Shown one piece after another: positions 49,431 to 63,000 of a DNA stretch of 64,000 nt. The first letter of the stretch is position 1. Every line of letters begins with the position of its first letter. This stretch comes from Anthoceros angustus. Lineage: Eukaryota; Plantae; Anthocerotophyta. The position numbers were made by a program, and so were the translations under genes. Location: positions 372,001 to 436,000 of the forward strand of contig MU008163.1 of NCBI GenBank assembly GCA_010909165.1, given 5' to 3'. A model generated the notes under the pieces. That model made no database searches, was not told where the DNA came from, and saw only the letters and a list, made by a program, of their open reading frames with translations.

Positions 49431-49739
49431 CTTCCTGAAGTTTACTAGATCTACGGCAGAGCAGGCCTGGCCAAGCAGTTAACTAGATCTACAGCAAAGC
49501 AGGCCTGGCTAGTAAACAGTCCGAGAGCAAAAATCGGCTTCTGCTTCCTATACCTTAAGAGGACTAACCTAGCCAGCTCACATAAAATAAAATGTGCTCT
49601 GCCCCAAAACTCCCTCCGCACCTCACAATGCTCACCCCCGGGATACTATGAACTCATGTAAAAATGGAGCATATTCTATTTTCACATCAGTTCGCAGTAT
49701 GTCGGGTGCTTACATAGTTGTTGCAGTGGTAGGACGAGG

Positions 49740-49965
49740 AGCGGAAGCTGCGATCTGAGCCTGCATCAAGTTCTGGTCCGGCAGGGGTTACGTAGCCTCC
49801 GGGTCGGGTTTCCTCAACCCGGGTCTTGAGGGCCTGCAGCATGGTGTCAGGCTTATGCTACATGAGTCGAACCACATCAATGACTGTCTGGCCTCGACAG
49901 ACTCCTCAATGTCATAAGCCACCGCTCCCTTCTTCTGTGTAAACCGCACAATATTGTTAACCTGG
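49740..49965 (-). pseudogene. ADC: ADC C-terminal fragment (third copy)
   Basis: NIVRFTQKKGAVAYDIEESV matches SIVRVTQKQGAVTYDIEESV of 3666-4316. Confidence 0.8.
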
Positions 49966-52900
49966 CGGAGAACCTTCAAGCTCAAGCTGGCGAGCACGTC
50001 GGATTGTTGGGGAGAAAGAGGACCATATCGAGCCCACGAGTTCTTCTGCCGATCCGAGCGAGTCTGCCACTGCTATAAGAGTCTTATCCATGCTCTCAGT
50101 ATCACCGCATTTTTTATTACCACTAGCAGCTCCAGCTCCTGCAGTATCACCGCCGCATTTTCGAGCACCACCAGCAGCCCCAGCTCCTGCAGTATCGATA
50201 TCACAGCAGCATTTTGGAATACTACCAGCAGCTCCAGAGCTCCAGCTCTGCCGCCGCAGCGTCTGTGGACCCAGGAGCGTCCTGTGGCTGAAGATGCGGA
50301 GCTGCAGCGTCTTTGTCCGGCCGGGAGCGTAGTATGGCTGAAGATGCGGAGTTCGAGCGGGACCTGAACCTGGGGCGATGGACTGACGAGGAACGCATGA
50401 TGGGCGAGAAGGATGCTGAGTCGAATCGACGAGGACGGCAGCTACGGATCTTGATCCGTAGCGGGCGCCGCCTCAGCCAGGCAGGGTGGGCTGGAGCTTC
50501 CCACCCCGGGGTGCGTACTGGAGCACTCCATCCCTGGACTTCGTTGCAACACCCTCCACTTTGCGCCGCATGTTGCTGCAAGACTGTCAGCCGCTCCAGC
50601 CATGCCCCACAGGCTGGTAGTCGCATTTGTGCAAGACATCTTCCGCCCAATCCGCGGGCTGCAATATTTGTGGGGCCATGGAAGCTTTCATCTTCCTCCT
50701 CCCCAGAGCCCGCACAATCTGTCTTCTGCACACATGCACGGGAAACATCTTTTAGCTAAAAGACTGCCGGGCGCACCATAACGCAACAAGCTGTCAACCT
50801 TGCAATCAAGTGCTGCACAAAACCCTGCAAACAACAGTCTTGTGTTCTTCTCCATGTGATCAAATCAAGACATGAGCAAGATGACACCATATTCAAGTCT
50901 GTGAGCAAGAAGAAGGAAGAAAGCTACATATTACTCTGACACCTGTGACCTGTGTATAAACACGTCTGCAAGTCCACAAAACTCAACACCAATCCACAAC
51001 GTGACTCGTGAACGATTGTTACAAACTATGTGCATCCGTGTACGACATAGAGCTACCAGGCCCATGGCCGCATGCGCACAGCAACAAATAAATCACGAGT
51101 GCGAATAGCAGCCCAGCAGGCATGGCATAACAGCACAGCCGCCGCCGCATCAAATCCTCTACGGATGCGAGTTCACGCATTGCAGCGCTACGCTACACAG
51201 GCACAGCACAAACACACCACTCCCTGCGGAGCACACAAAAAAAAAGAGCACGGCAGAAACAGGCAGGGCACAACATGGAACGGACCTCACCTCAGAGGAA
51301 GGAAGCATCTGGACGTGGAGGCTGCAGATAGCCCTACGGGCCTGCGGTGGAGGCGCGGTCATTGATGCAAGCGGGATGTCGAGCTAACAGCCACAGCAGC
51401 CGCCTCAAGCAGCAGGCGGGGACATCCTCGGCATGCCCAGCAGTGCTGGATGCAAACCGGAACCGCTGCGGCAAGCGCTTGCAAGGTTCCGTAGGCTCGC
51501 TTACAAGACCAACGTCCAAGGTAGACCAGGAATCAACAGCCAGGTCCACAGAGGGAACTCTTTTGCACAGCAAGGCAAGGGATAGCTTCACCACAGCTAG
51601 CTAAGCCGCTTGCAAGCTAGCGAGGACACCGCGGTTGCAGATTAACACAAGGCGAGGTGTTGGCTGGTGGAAGGAGGCTTCAAGGAGGAGTATGGAAATA
51701 GATTTGGCGAGGCAATCGACTAGGGCACGGACTACTCTGACTCAACACGTCACTAATCCTCTCACGATAGTAGTGTCGCACGGAGGAACTCTCACCCATT
51801 CCCACTCGGTCTCCGACACGATAGTAGTCTCGCGGAAGAACTCTCACCCACTCCCACTCGGTCTCCTGACAGGAAACAAGGTATGTACTCTCCCCAAAGC
51901 AAAACGTGGTCTCCCGCCCAAGAACTCCCACCGACCCCACTTGGCATTCACAACAGTTATGTCAGCGGCAGCCAGCTGGAACTTTCTTAGCGACCCCACT
52001 TGGCATTCACAACTGTTCTCCGCGGAGGAGCCAGCTGGAACTTCAATAGCGAGTTTGAGAATAGAACGAGATATATCTTGAGAGTAGCTCCGTAGGACAT
52101 TTTATAGCGGGCGGTCACGTAGGCCTGTGATCCGACTCAAGGGTGTTTGATCGTGAAGTTCTAATGAACTAGATGTCACTCCTTTAAAAAGGGAGGACTT
52201 CGTAGCGAGTTTTGTGTCTAAATGGTTGTAAAGAGTAGAAGAAAAGTTTTATTTTAATTTATATATTATTAAAATATAATCTAATATATATTTTGTTATT
52301 ACTTTTTAAAGAGTGATCATTAATCATTAAAGTGAACAGCAATTATAATGATCTAGTGTAGAATCATCTTTAAAAAATGTATTTGTATGATTATAATAAT
52401 GACAATGCAATGTATTAAGTTGGAAGATATGCATGTGCGGAAGGGGGGGCAATATGGAATACCGAAGTCGTCACAGAGCCACAAAGGGTTTTTATCAAGG
52501 GTGACATAAGAAGTTTTCCCACTGCATACGGCAGGAAAACTTCTTATGTCACACACTTGACGACATCGGCCAGGGGTGCCTGCACCCGGTGTACCGATGT
52601 CATCAGAAGGTGTATCAAGATTCCTTTTAGGGTGCGATACACATGGTTTCTTTCTTAGGGTTGTCAGAACATCGGCCCTCGCAGATCCTCGCAAGCGCCC
52701 ATCGGCCATCGATGCGTCAACAAATCGTCACTGTGACTTTGAGGCAAATAGCCTGGAGTAGCCATCCAGGCCTCATGCAACTGCAAAGCCAGATTGCTTT
52801 ACGGATGGAGACTTCACGGGAGGATTACTTCAAAGCCAGATTGCTTTACGGATGAAGACTTCACAGGAGGATTACTTCACGCACGGCTTGAACGTCTTCA

Positions 52901-53329
52901 CTTGAATGTCTTACATATGCACATTCGGGGCCTTCGCGCGGCATGTTCGACATATATGTCCATGTGTGGTCCAGGCGAACCCTAAACATGTGTATGTATC
53001 ACGAATCTGACATGAAGGGTAATCTCGCGAGACCACACACGAGAGGCCAGCGCCTGTAAACCGAGGCAATTTTGAATCTAATCTAGGACTCTTTAATCTA
53101 GGACTTCTAATCCTACTCTTCGTCTTACATTGGGCTCTAAGCTATGGGGCCGCATATTTAGGTTTTAGTTTGTTTAGAGTCCATAATCATGGCGCTCGTT
53201 GTCTTCCTAAGGTGCTATGTCTTTCTAAGGTCTGTCATTTACGTTGCTCTTGTGGTGTTTAGTGACGCTTTTATGTTGTGGACCTCCTGCTCTCCCTAGT
53301 TCTGACATACTTCGGCATTCGGGGATTTT

Positions 53330-56300
53330 ATTCCCACAGTTGAGGTCCACCATAACCCCCTTGTGGATGGGGACAAACTCTATCCATACCCTTTATTCAC
53401 AATTCTCTTAGTGGCCACTAGGAATTTACCCAACAATAACAGCGGTGCTGTGCCGATTTGGTCCTTCGCAATCATTGCCACAAATAGCTGGTGGTGGTCA
53501 GATCTTGCTTTCTCCGTGCTGGTGCACTCAAAGAGGAAGTGGGTTTCATCACCTACCCGTCTTTGGTCGCATCTTCTGCACAAACGTTGCTCTCTTGGCA
53601 CTTGCCCTCTGCCTTTGATGATTTGAAGGTTTGAGGACCTCAATCGAAATCGAGCCAACTCTCGAACCATGTTGGCTGGAAGCGAAGTCTGCAGGTATTC
53701 TTGTGTGGTGTACTCATCCCTTTGTGCACGCTCACATAGTGCCTCATGTCATTGTCAATGTGGTGGGTGACCACACCTTTTCGATAAGCATTATGAACAT
53801 TGTCTTTAGAGATCTTGGCGTCCATGTGGCAAATCCCACCTTGATAGCCACCCTTTCATGTCCTTGAACCATCCTCGGCCTTTCAATAGGCTGGTTTCCC
53901 TTGACATCGCCATTGCAATTTTTTAGTCTGGACATGTCCATTTGCATGATCCTAGATCTGAAGTTATGACTTCTTTGCAAGGCATGGATTTCAGGAATGC
54001 CCCAACTCGCTTATATATTTGCTCGGCACATTTGCTTGCAGATTCCCAAGTGCCATCGAAATCCATCATCGGTTTCAATGTCCTTCCACCGGTTTTGTGT
54101 GCATCCGGTCCCAGTTTTCACAGAAAGCAAGATTGGGACAATGCAAGCGTTGAACATGCAACATAGTTACGTGAGACTTATGCTCCTTTTCCTCAGCTTG
54201 TTTCTCAAGGCACGAGCCTACCTAATGCCTTTTGTGCCAACTCCACTGCTTAGTAGAAGCTTTGCTCTATGGATGTTGATTCCTAGGTATACATAGATAG
54301 GACGCTCCCAATTCATCTTCCATATTTCAACGGATCCACCCTTTGAGTTTAGCGGTAAATGAAATGGTCTTCGTCTTGGCTATGTTCACCTTCAAGTACC
54401 TTTCACAGAATTCATGAAGTGTCTTGAGCAATTTTTCTCATCCCAATTTTTTAGTAGATAGTAATGTCGTGAAAGCGCCACCACGGGAGGAAAAGACTGG
54501 GTGAAGGGACTCTCGATCCGGCGTCGGGACTCTCCCGATCCGGCGTCAGGACTCTCCCGATCCGGCGTCCGGGACTCTCGATCCGGCGTCCGGGACTCTC
54601 GATCCGGCGTCGGGACTCTCCCGATCCGGCGTCCGGGGCGCCTTTGTGGCAGCCAAGTCTTGGCTGCGGCATAGTCTCTCGGCCACTAGCTGGTTGAGGT
54701 TTTGCTAGTTCAAGTTCTTAAGTCTCTTTTACATGTCTAGTTTCAAAATAGCTTATGTTAGTTGTTTCAGGTGAGGGCGGATTTCTTGGAGGAGATGGCG
54801 CTGCCAGTGAGGCTAAGAGGAGGGCTAGGCGAGAATAGTTGTTGAAGTCGCCCTAGCAGGTTGTGTGAGAGTTCTCCTGCAATCCCTTTGAGAACATTAT
54901 CAAATCAATGGAATCTTGTGATTTGAGTGTTTGAGGGTGTGGGATTGATGGGCGCTGATTGCGTGATTTCTAACTCCCAGCCGTGCAATCGCCCCTCACG
55001 TTTTTGAGCAAGATGCAATCCTGAATGTGGCTCAAATCATCCGGGGTAGGGAAGATGTTCATTTTGCTATCCGCTGATTTGGTTTTTAGAGTCCGCTAAT
55101 TTTGTGCTTGAAATCCGGTGCTAATGAGGCAGCTTTGTGTTGTGATAATTTGCAATGTCAGCTGGTGCAACCCTCAACACTCATGTAAGTGGTTCAAGTC
55201 TAGAGAAATCGACTGTATGAATGTGTGTGTGATTGGGGACTTGGATCATCTGCCCTCCCATATGTGCAGTGGCTAACACTCTCGGCGCCCCAAATACTTG
55301 GGACTCCGGGACATGCCTCTCTGTGGTGGCAGCCACATAAATGGCGTGCCATCCACGACTAAATTAGTCCCGAGTGTCCCAGCCATGAGGGACTCTAGCA
55401 ATCCGGTGCCCCAAAGACTCGGGACACTTTCTTTGCCTTCACCTCGCATGACAGTAATACCAGATCGTGCAAAGAGTAAGCATTTGATAAGGGTATCTTG
55501 GACTTGCGCTGGGTGAGTTCCTTTGGTGCTCTCGATGCATTGTTGGAGCCCTTATATGTACAGAAAAAACAAGAGTGGGCTGAGGGGGCACCCTTGTTTC
55601 ACACCAGCCACGCTTTGAATAGCTCTAGTTCTCTTGCCACCCACCTCTATCCGAACCTCATTGTATTGGTATGCCAAGGGAAGCCCTTATCATTTGCTTT
55701 GATACCCCTACTTGCTTGGGCACCTCCCATAGCATGTTCCTTGTATGTCGAATGCCTTGTGGAAAGCTACAAAGCAAAGGTGGAGTACTCTTTGCTTGCC
55801 TTGTGTTTGTCAATGATTCGCAGGGTCATTATGTGGTCTGGCGGCTCATACCCTCTCGAACCACCTTGGCATGTATTCGCCTCTAATTTTTCTTCTCGAA
55901 TCCTCACTTGCAACACATGGAGTAAACCTTATAGAACAGTTGTTTATGACTATCAACCTGTAGTTGTTCGTAATCATCCTGTCTCCTTTTTTGTGTATGG
56001 GCCTTGCTGATGATTTACCCCAAGCAGTTGGAAGCACTCCGGTATGGAAGATTTTTGTGAAAAGCATTGCCAGCAGCTATGGTAGCTGTGTGTCCAGGAG
56101 TGCCTTCGCAACCTCTGCTAGGCCCGCCTGTACCGCTTTGCCACGCCTATTGACTTGATTTCACTTCGTCTGTGAATCAAACACAGGTGGTGACTAGGTC
56201 ACACGAAGAGCGTCTTGGACATCCGTTGATTCAAACAGCTTGCCATATTTCATCCATTCATCCATGTAATTAGCTGCTTCCTTTCCTCCCTCTTATCACT

Positions 56301-57300
56301 TGCGAATTTTCTTGGGCTCCTTTTCATATGCTTCAGACATAGCTTGTGATTCATAATGAATGCTTGTCTACGCCCCTGCACAAGTATTTGTACTTCTTCT
56401 TTGCTTGTAGTACCTGTGTCTTGATGAGTCCTCTTATTGTAGGAGTTGTTCCCATCTGCCTCTGCATGTTTATAGTCCATAGAGAACCACTGGCAGCCCC
56501 AAGGATAGTGGCGGTCCATTCATTTTACCTCTTATGCATTTCCTCATGGAGGCTCAAAGCTTATTGGAGGTCTTGCATCCGCGTTGTTGATCTTCCCTCA
56601 AATCCTATTCTCCTTATGATATGCTTAATTCTCCTTCTATGTTGTTGGCTAGCCTCAACTTTGTTGAATTTGTTATTTTGAGCGCTCTTCGTCTCTTCCT
56701 TGTTTTTTCCTCTTCCTCTCCTATTTCACCGTTGATTGTACCCATGCAATGAGGCCTATGGTCGGATTTTGGGATTGAGTGGCCAACTTGGAAATCGCAA
56801 TCCACACGGTGTGCTTGATGCACAAGTAATCGTGTTGTTCTTGTCCATGATTGCTCTTGTCTGCTCTCCCTTAGCCCTATTTTTCTTTTTTCGCTCATTT
56901 TGTTGATGGAACGTGAACTTGCAGTTCGGAAATAATCCAACGCGTTACATATCACCATCTCCGGTGCTTCTAGCATTGCCATGAATTCGAATTGTGCCTC
57001 CGCTTTTGTGTCCTTGACCCTCTTCCATTTGCCATCGGGTCTCCACTGTGGTCTATGTCCACTTGCATCTTGTTCTTCTTGTGTTGCTATCCAGAATAGA
57101 CATGTGTTCCCTTTACATTGGTAGTTTGAGATGTGCCTCCCGAGTATAGAAGAGTTCTCTAGGCTCGTGGGTATTGTCTCTGGTCTGTAATACTTCTGTA
57201 TTAAATAGATCACTTTTATATCACTGATGTACCTGATATTCCAGAAGACTACTTGTAGCTTGAGTCCGCTGGCTTCCAGTGGTTGAGGGTTGCACACCAC
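53330..57300 (-). mobile_element. Degenerate non-LTR retrotransposon (LINE; APE endonuclease, RT and C-terminal CCHC-like region)
   Basis: VVFWNIR and SDHRP (endonuclease); LPTAW...PIHKKGD...NNYR, GVKQGCPLSP.LF and LLFA.DLVLL (RT); LARFRL..RLCRRC..DETHFLFEC (C-terminus). Confidence 0.88.
54465..55453. mobile_element. Solo LTR inserted into the LINE RT, with a ~21-bp internal tandem repeat at 54507-54635
   Basis: Termini TGTCGTG...CATGACA, flanked by GTAA on both sides (54461-54464 and 55454-55457). Removing it rejoins the RT peptide LLFA.DLVL|LS. Confidence 0.8.
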
Positions 57301-59149
57301 TTGTATTCCATCCTCGCTCTGATTTGGGAGTTCACGTTTTGCAGAAGATGGAGCATCCCGTTCATACGGCGTGACCCCATACTATAATTGCTAGTCAAAC
57401 TGTGGCTCACTAGACCCTGGGGATCCCCTTCTTATCATCTGCTGGAATAGCCATTCTTGGTAAGGAGATCTCTCTCATCACCCGACCTTCTTGATTTCTC
57501 TCCTATGATTGGTCCAAGTCCTAGAATCATTTTGCTTGCTCTCATCGTGCGCATTTTGATAACCATAGGTCTAGGAAAACAATACCCGAGGGAGGGGCTT
57601 GTTCTTGTTGTGGAGCCTTGGCCACCTTCTTCTTCCAATGGGGTTCTCCAGACTCCAAAAATACTGTAACTCGAGGTCCAACACCTGGAGCAAAGAACAT
57701 GCGGACGTTCACGGGACTTCAATGTAAGAATGAATGGGTTGGGAACCCGTCAGAGAGCATAACCCATGCATGGTTGTTGGCGAGGTAAAGAAGTGGTTAG
57801 AGACAACTGGGCATATTGGGAGCCTTTATAGATGGTAAGAGTTGAACCCGATGATGAGAAAAACATCCACCATGGAGGTCGGGGCTCGGATGGCGGTCAA
57901 CTCACTCTCCCGCCTAGGAGTATACCAACATGGTCCCTTGGAGCTCCCGCTCTCTGAGACCACGGCAATTACATATCAACCAACATGTACCAACGTGGCA
58001 CCTTTTCCACCTGATTGGAGTTTCCCAATTCCTCTTATACTAAGATGCTATTTCCCCTAGTTTCCTAACGGCCCAATCTAGCTTCTAATTTCCTATTCGA
58101 CCCATTTATCTAGTCCACTAAAGTCTACATATAGCTATCATACCGCCTTAATCCTATGCTTCCTACTTTGGTTAGTTGTCATATATGCTACCTACTTGCC
58201 TCACCACAAGGCCGTTTGACCCGTTTCTTCTTCCCTAAATATCCTACCTACCATCCTAACAGTATCCTACAACTTCAGCTTCAAAAGAATCGAAAAAGCT
58301 TTGGCATGTTTCCTCAAAACCATTTCTAACCAAAAAAATTCGGACCTGTTCCAAAACAAACCAACTTAAACCAGGGCCCAAACTTTTGCTTTCCACATCC
58401 GAGTTCGAAAAGCAAACGTATCCAATGTTGGACACCAGAGGAGGATGAGCCTTGTATACAAGAGCGTAACCCAATTTTGAGATGGGCCAAGGAGAGGAGC
58501 ACGGAACTGAACTCAAGTTCGACAATGCACATCGCTAGAGCGATGCCTACATAATTGAGAGCACAATTGTAACTAATCGCAAGCTTGCCCTATTTACAAG
58601 CAACAAAGATTTGATATAAGATGATGCTATCATGTGGACCACCATAATATGCCACTTTGCATGTAACGTGGAGGCGCTTTGGCCTCATTGATAGCACAAA
58701 TAGAAGCTCGGCTCACGAACACAACAAAAGATAGTGAAGCATGAAGGCGTGCTAGGAGGAGGAACAAATGAAGGCCATGGCGACAGATAAAAGCGGATCT
58801 GGCCAGAAAGAAAAAGGACAGGGATGAATTCTTAGAGGCCTTGGACCTCCGCGACTCGATGGCGGTGGCACTAAAGAAGGAAGTGGCTGGTCTTACAAAC
58901 AAGGTGAAAGAAATGGAAAATGCGATTACCGCCAGACCAAATAGAGCTGAGGTCAACGGTGTTGCCATGGGCCTTAACAAGAAGATGGATGACATGACAG
59001 CGAACATGGGGCAAGAGGACAACAACATGCAGCAGTTGAGGGATACCACTTGGGCACTAAAGGCATCATCCAACCAACAAGCAAGCCACTTCAAGTCAAT
59101 ATTAGCAAAGTTTTCAGAGGGATCTTCCACCTCCTCGTCCACGCTTGAT

Positions 59150-59760
59150 GTATATGTACTGTGCTTGCTGCACGCTGTGGCGCTCTACCGGCTTCCTCTT
59201 GGATCATAGAGCTAACAAGCTCTGAAAATGACATATCTGGCATTTCCACACCCTGTTTCTTGGCTGACAGTGTAGCCTGGGCTTGTGCAGCAATATGTAA
59301 TGTCACGAAATGTGACCAAGATTCAGGAAGTGAGAGGAGGAGTCGCATGACCAGTTCTTCATCCTTCATGATGATTTTTGAGGCACCTTCCAGCTTTGAA
59401 GCGATGGTCCTGAAGGTGCTGATGTGTTTACTGGAATCCCCATCTTTCATTCCGTAGTTCGGATGCATTGTCATTGTACCCCACATTGGATCCTGATAGA
59501 GATCGAGACGGGTCCAAATCTCGGCGAAGTCTTTGCCCCACGAGTCCGCCTCAACATCTCGGATGTTAGGCCACGCTTATGAGGTATTTGGCGGTGTCTT
59601 TAGCTAACCATTCTTCGCATTACCCTCTGGTGCTCTATCTTTCGGTTGCATATTTCGAGTTCCTCACTTGAGGATACCCTCCATCCGGATTACCCAATTG
59701 TCGTCAGTGCCATTGACCGTCCTTCTCCTTGAAGGAATCACCGCAACGCCAGAGGATGAT
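59150..59760 (-). mobile_element. Ty1/Copia gag (UBN2-like) fragment
   Basis: MKDGDS.SKHISTFRTIASKLEG..KDEELVMRLLLSLPESWSHFV..FSELVSSMIQEE. Confidence 0.85.
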
Positions 59761-60019
59761 GTATCACCCAATTTGTGGTTTTGTGTTTCCTCTAGAACAA
59801 ATTGCCCTCCACGCTTGGTTTCCTAATCACTTCTCTGCGTCCATATGACTAACTTACGTGCATGTTGGTTGTGGTGCTTGGGTTTGATCCCAAGACCCCA
59901 CTGCGCAATTCTAGAGCTTCATCTCTAAACTTGTTATATGCATAAGTTAAGCATGAAGGGCAAGAGTTGGGTGAGTCAAATTTCCTTCGTGATTGGTTTT
60001 GCTCACGTTTGCATCTGTA

Positions 60020-63000
60020 TTTTGAATCTTGAGGCGTTTGGCGTGGGCCCGACTCAAGTGCGACCATGCCACTCTCATTCTCTGCTTGCATGTGGATCAA
60101 GAACATCAGCCGAAGATATTATTGTCCCAATGTCTAGAACAAAGTCCTGTAAAATTCTCGCGAGAGTATAGTCTTAGGATTGGGGTATGAATGAAAGGTT
60201 GGTGCGCAAACAAGTTTGCGCACATAACAAGCCTAAAAACTCTAAATGTTTGTATCGTCCAACACGCAATGATTGCGGATGTTGGAAAATGTTTAGATGT
60301 GGCGCATAAGTTTCTTGTAGATTCTATGTCGATTTGAAAGAAAAAGAAAAGCGAGAATGGGACTTTAGGTTTTGCCACGTACTTGCAATCTACAATCTCA
60401 AATAACGTGTATCAAAACAATTATTCAAAAGGTTGCGGGTGACATGTCGAGAAATACCAAAAGGTGATTATAGTGCGGAGTTTTTCAAGTGCAAAAGGGG
60501 TCCAGCCACGTCCGTGTGCTTATTCTCTTGAAGAAGTTGTTGCAAAAGGCTTTTAATTGGGCTTTGTGTTCGAAGACCAAGAAGGTGAAGGCTACAAAGA
60601 AGAAAAGCACGAAAATCGGAGGTGGAAGAGGAGCATGAGGAACATGAGGAGGAGGTAGGGAGGCCGAGCTTGGAGAGGGAGGAAGCACGGCTGTGGTTTC
60701 GTGGGCTGACGTGCACAACATAAGTGGATCAACAACAACAAACAACATCGATGCAAACTCCGGATCTTTCTTCCGTGGAAGGCAAAACCATGGCTCTAAA
60801 CCCTTTGCGCATGCGTGTGGACAAACTTGTCAAGTCAACCTCCTCTGCCTTCTTGTCCCTTGCATGCAGTGCCTTGCTCTAATGCTCTACCTCATCACGC
60901 CTCCTACCCCTCCTTATCAACTAATTCGAGAAGGCCTTTGCTTTCTTAGAGGAGACATGTCGCTCTCTCCTTCATCACGACTTTATGGCCAGTCAAAAGC
61001 ATGCGCAAAGTGGATTTGCTGCGATGGTGTGATTTTGTGCCATTGTCATGGCATTTGATTGTCTCGACTTGGCTGAACATTTGCCAAACGATTCTCAATC
61101 CCATTTTCAAAACTCCAATGGATTAAGGAACATATTAAGTTGAAATATAGTATTATTATCAAGTTGTTGGATGTCTAGGCGAAAAATAGATCATGTTCAA
61201 TAGAGAGGTATCTTGCAAGTTCTGGTCCTCATAACTCTTCTTTTGGTTTTTGTTGTCTAGCACATCCAACACCTTGAGAGTTTCTTTTGTCCTAAGTACT
61301 CTTTCTTTTTAACATGTTCTTTAATCCGTTGAAGTTTTGACAATGTGATTGAGAATCATGTTGACTCAATTTCATGTTGGTCCACATAACTTTGTGATGC
61401 TGGTTTTGTCTAGCACATGGAACACCTGTATTTCTTCTTCAAAATATTAAATCAATCGATTCGAGTTTTGACAATTGCATTGAGAATCCTTTGTTGACCT
61501 GCAATCCCTTGTTGGAGCTCGTATTTCTTTGCTGCTTTTTATTTTGTTTGGTACATCTAACATCTTGAGATTTTATACATAATAAAAAAATATCTTGAGA
61601 TTTTCAACCAGCTCCGGTTTCCAACTTTGATGCCATAATGAATCCATGTAAAAGAACCCACCAGCGAGCTCCTCACGACAATGAACCAACAGCCTCAGAT
61701 ACTGCTTCAGCCCTAAAGCTGCACGCTTGTTACCATGTCTCGGTGGAGATACTATGGGTCTGGTGCAAAAATACACAAGGTTTTTCCGTGCCAAATATAC
61801 CACACTAGAGCAGTACTAGCGAAGAGGCAACTCACTTGAGGATGTTGAGGTTTCGGGACTTCTGGTGAAGATAAAACACATCTTTTTCCAACTCTCTTTG
61901 TCATAATGTCCTGAAGAAATGTGGGTGAAAAAGGGGAATCTCTTGGACACGGTGCTGTGCAGCTACATCCCGCAAATGTGTTGGTAGCGACTCTTCAGGC
62001 TTGTGCAAGGGGACCAGACTTTTAATCTGGACCGGACCCCAGGGGCATGCTGAAGTGTTGTCAGTAGTTTCTTATTGGACATGTATGCAAAGTGTGGGAG
62101 GTTCTGAAGATGCTCAAACAATGTTCCACGGATTTGGTGAAAAGATGTGGTGACATGGAATGCCATGATAGCTAAGTACCTGTAACAGGCGCCTGAAATG
62201 AACCTTCACGCGCATGAAAAGAACTTGAATTCTTAACTTACCACCCCACAAATGATCTCCTTCCATCATCAGGTGGATCTGCCATTGAAAAATCTGGATG
62301 TGGCGCATATCTTCTTTCCACATCGTCGAGAAAATCTCACTCTCGGAAGAAATCCTACCCCTAACTGAAAACTTATGCACCAGTCCTTCCATGTGTGTCC
62401 ACCAGCTCTGGCCCGGCTGCTTCTTGCTCTTGTTTCCTGCATCTCCTGTGCCTACTGCCACATCTGGGAGCCGGTGTATGCCACTCAAGAAAGTGATGCC
62501 GTCGGGCTGTATGCCCTGAGGGCCCTTCTCATTTTCTGAACCAAGTCGAAGACCTCTTCACTGTCTCCTTGACGGGTGTACCTTGCAATCAGTGCACTCC
62601 AAGTGACAAACTCTCTTTTCGGGCAATCACCAATTGTGCATCAACCATACCCCTGACTTTGTTTATCAAGCTGATGGCTCCAAGCAGATCAAGTCGAAGA
62701 CCTCGGTCCTTAATTTGTGCACCAAGCTGCTTGCCCATATGCAAAGGTGCCACATTTGCACATGCATCAAGTACGCCAACAATTGTCACAGCATCTGGTC
62801 CAACCTTGCCTTCCTCTTGCATCACAAGGTTAAGACTGAGGCTTCATGGCCCATGCCCTGCTGAGAATACCCTCCTATCTATATATATCATGGCATTCCA
62901 TGTCACCACATCTTTTCACCAAATCCGTGGAACATTGTTTGAGCATCTTCAGAACCTCCCACACTTTGCATACTTGTCCACCAAGCAATTCCAGACGAAC

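Noticed and set aside
58630-59209. Coiled-coil ORF (58841-59209) as a host gene
   Set aside because: It abuts Copia gag debris, has no clear start or family motif, and is most likely a retroelement fragment.
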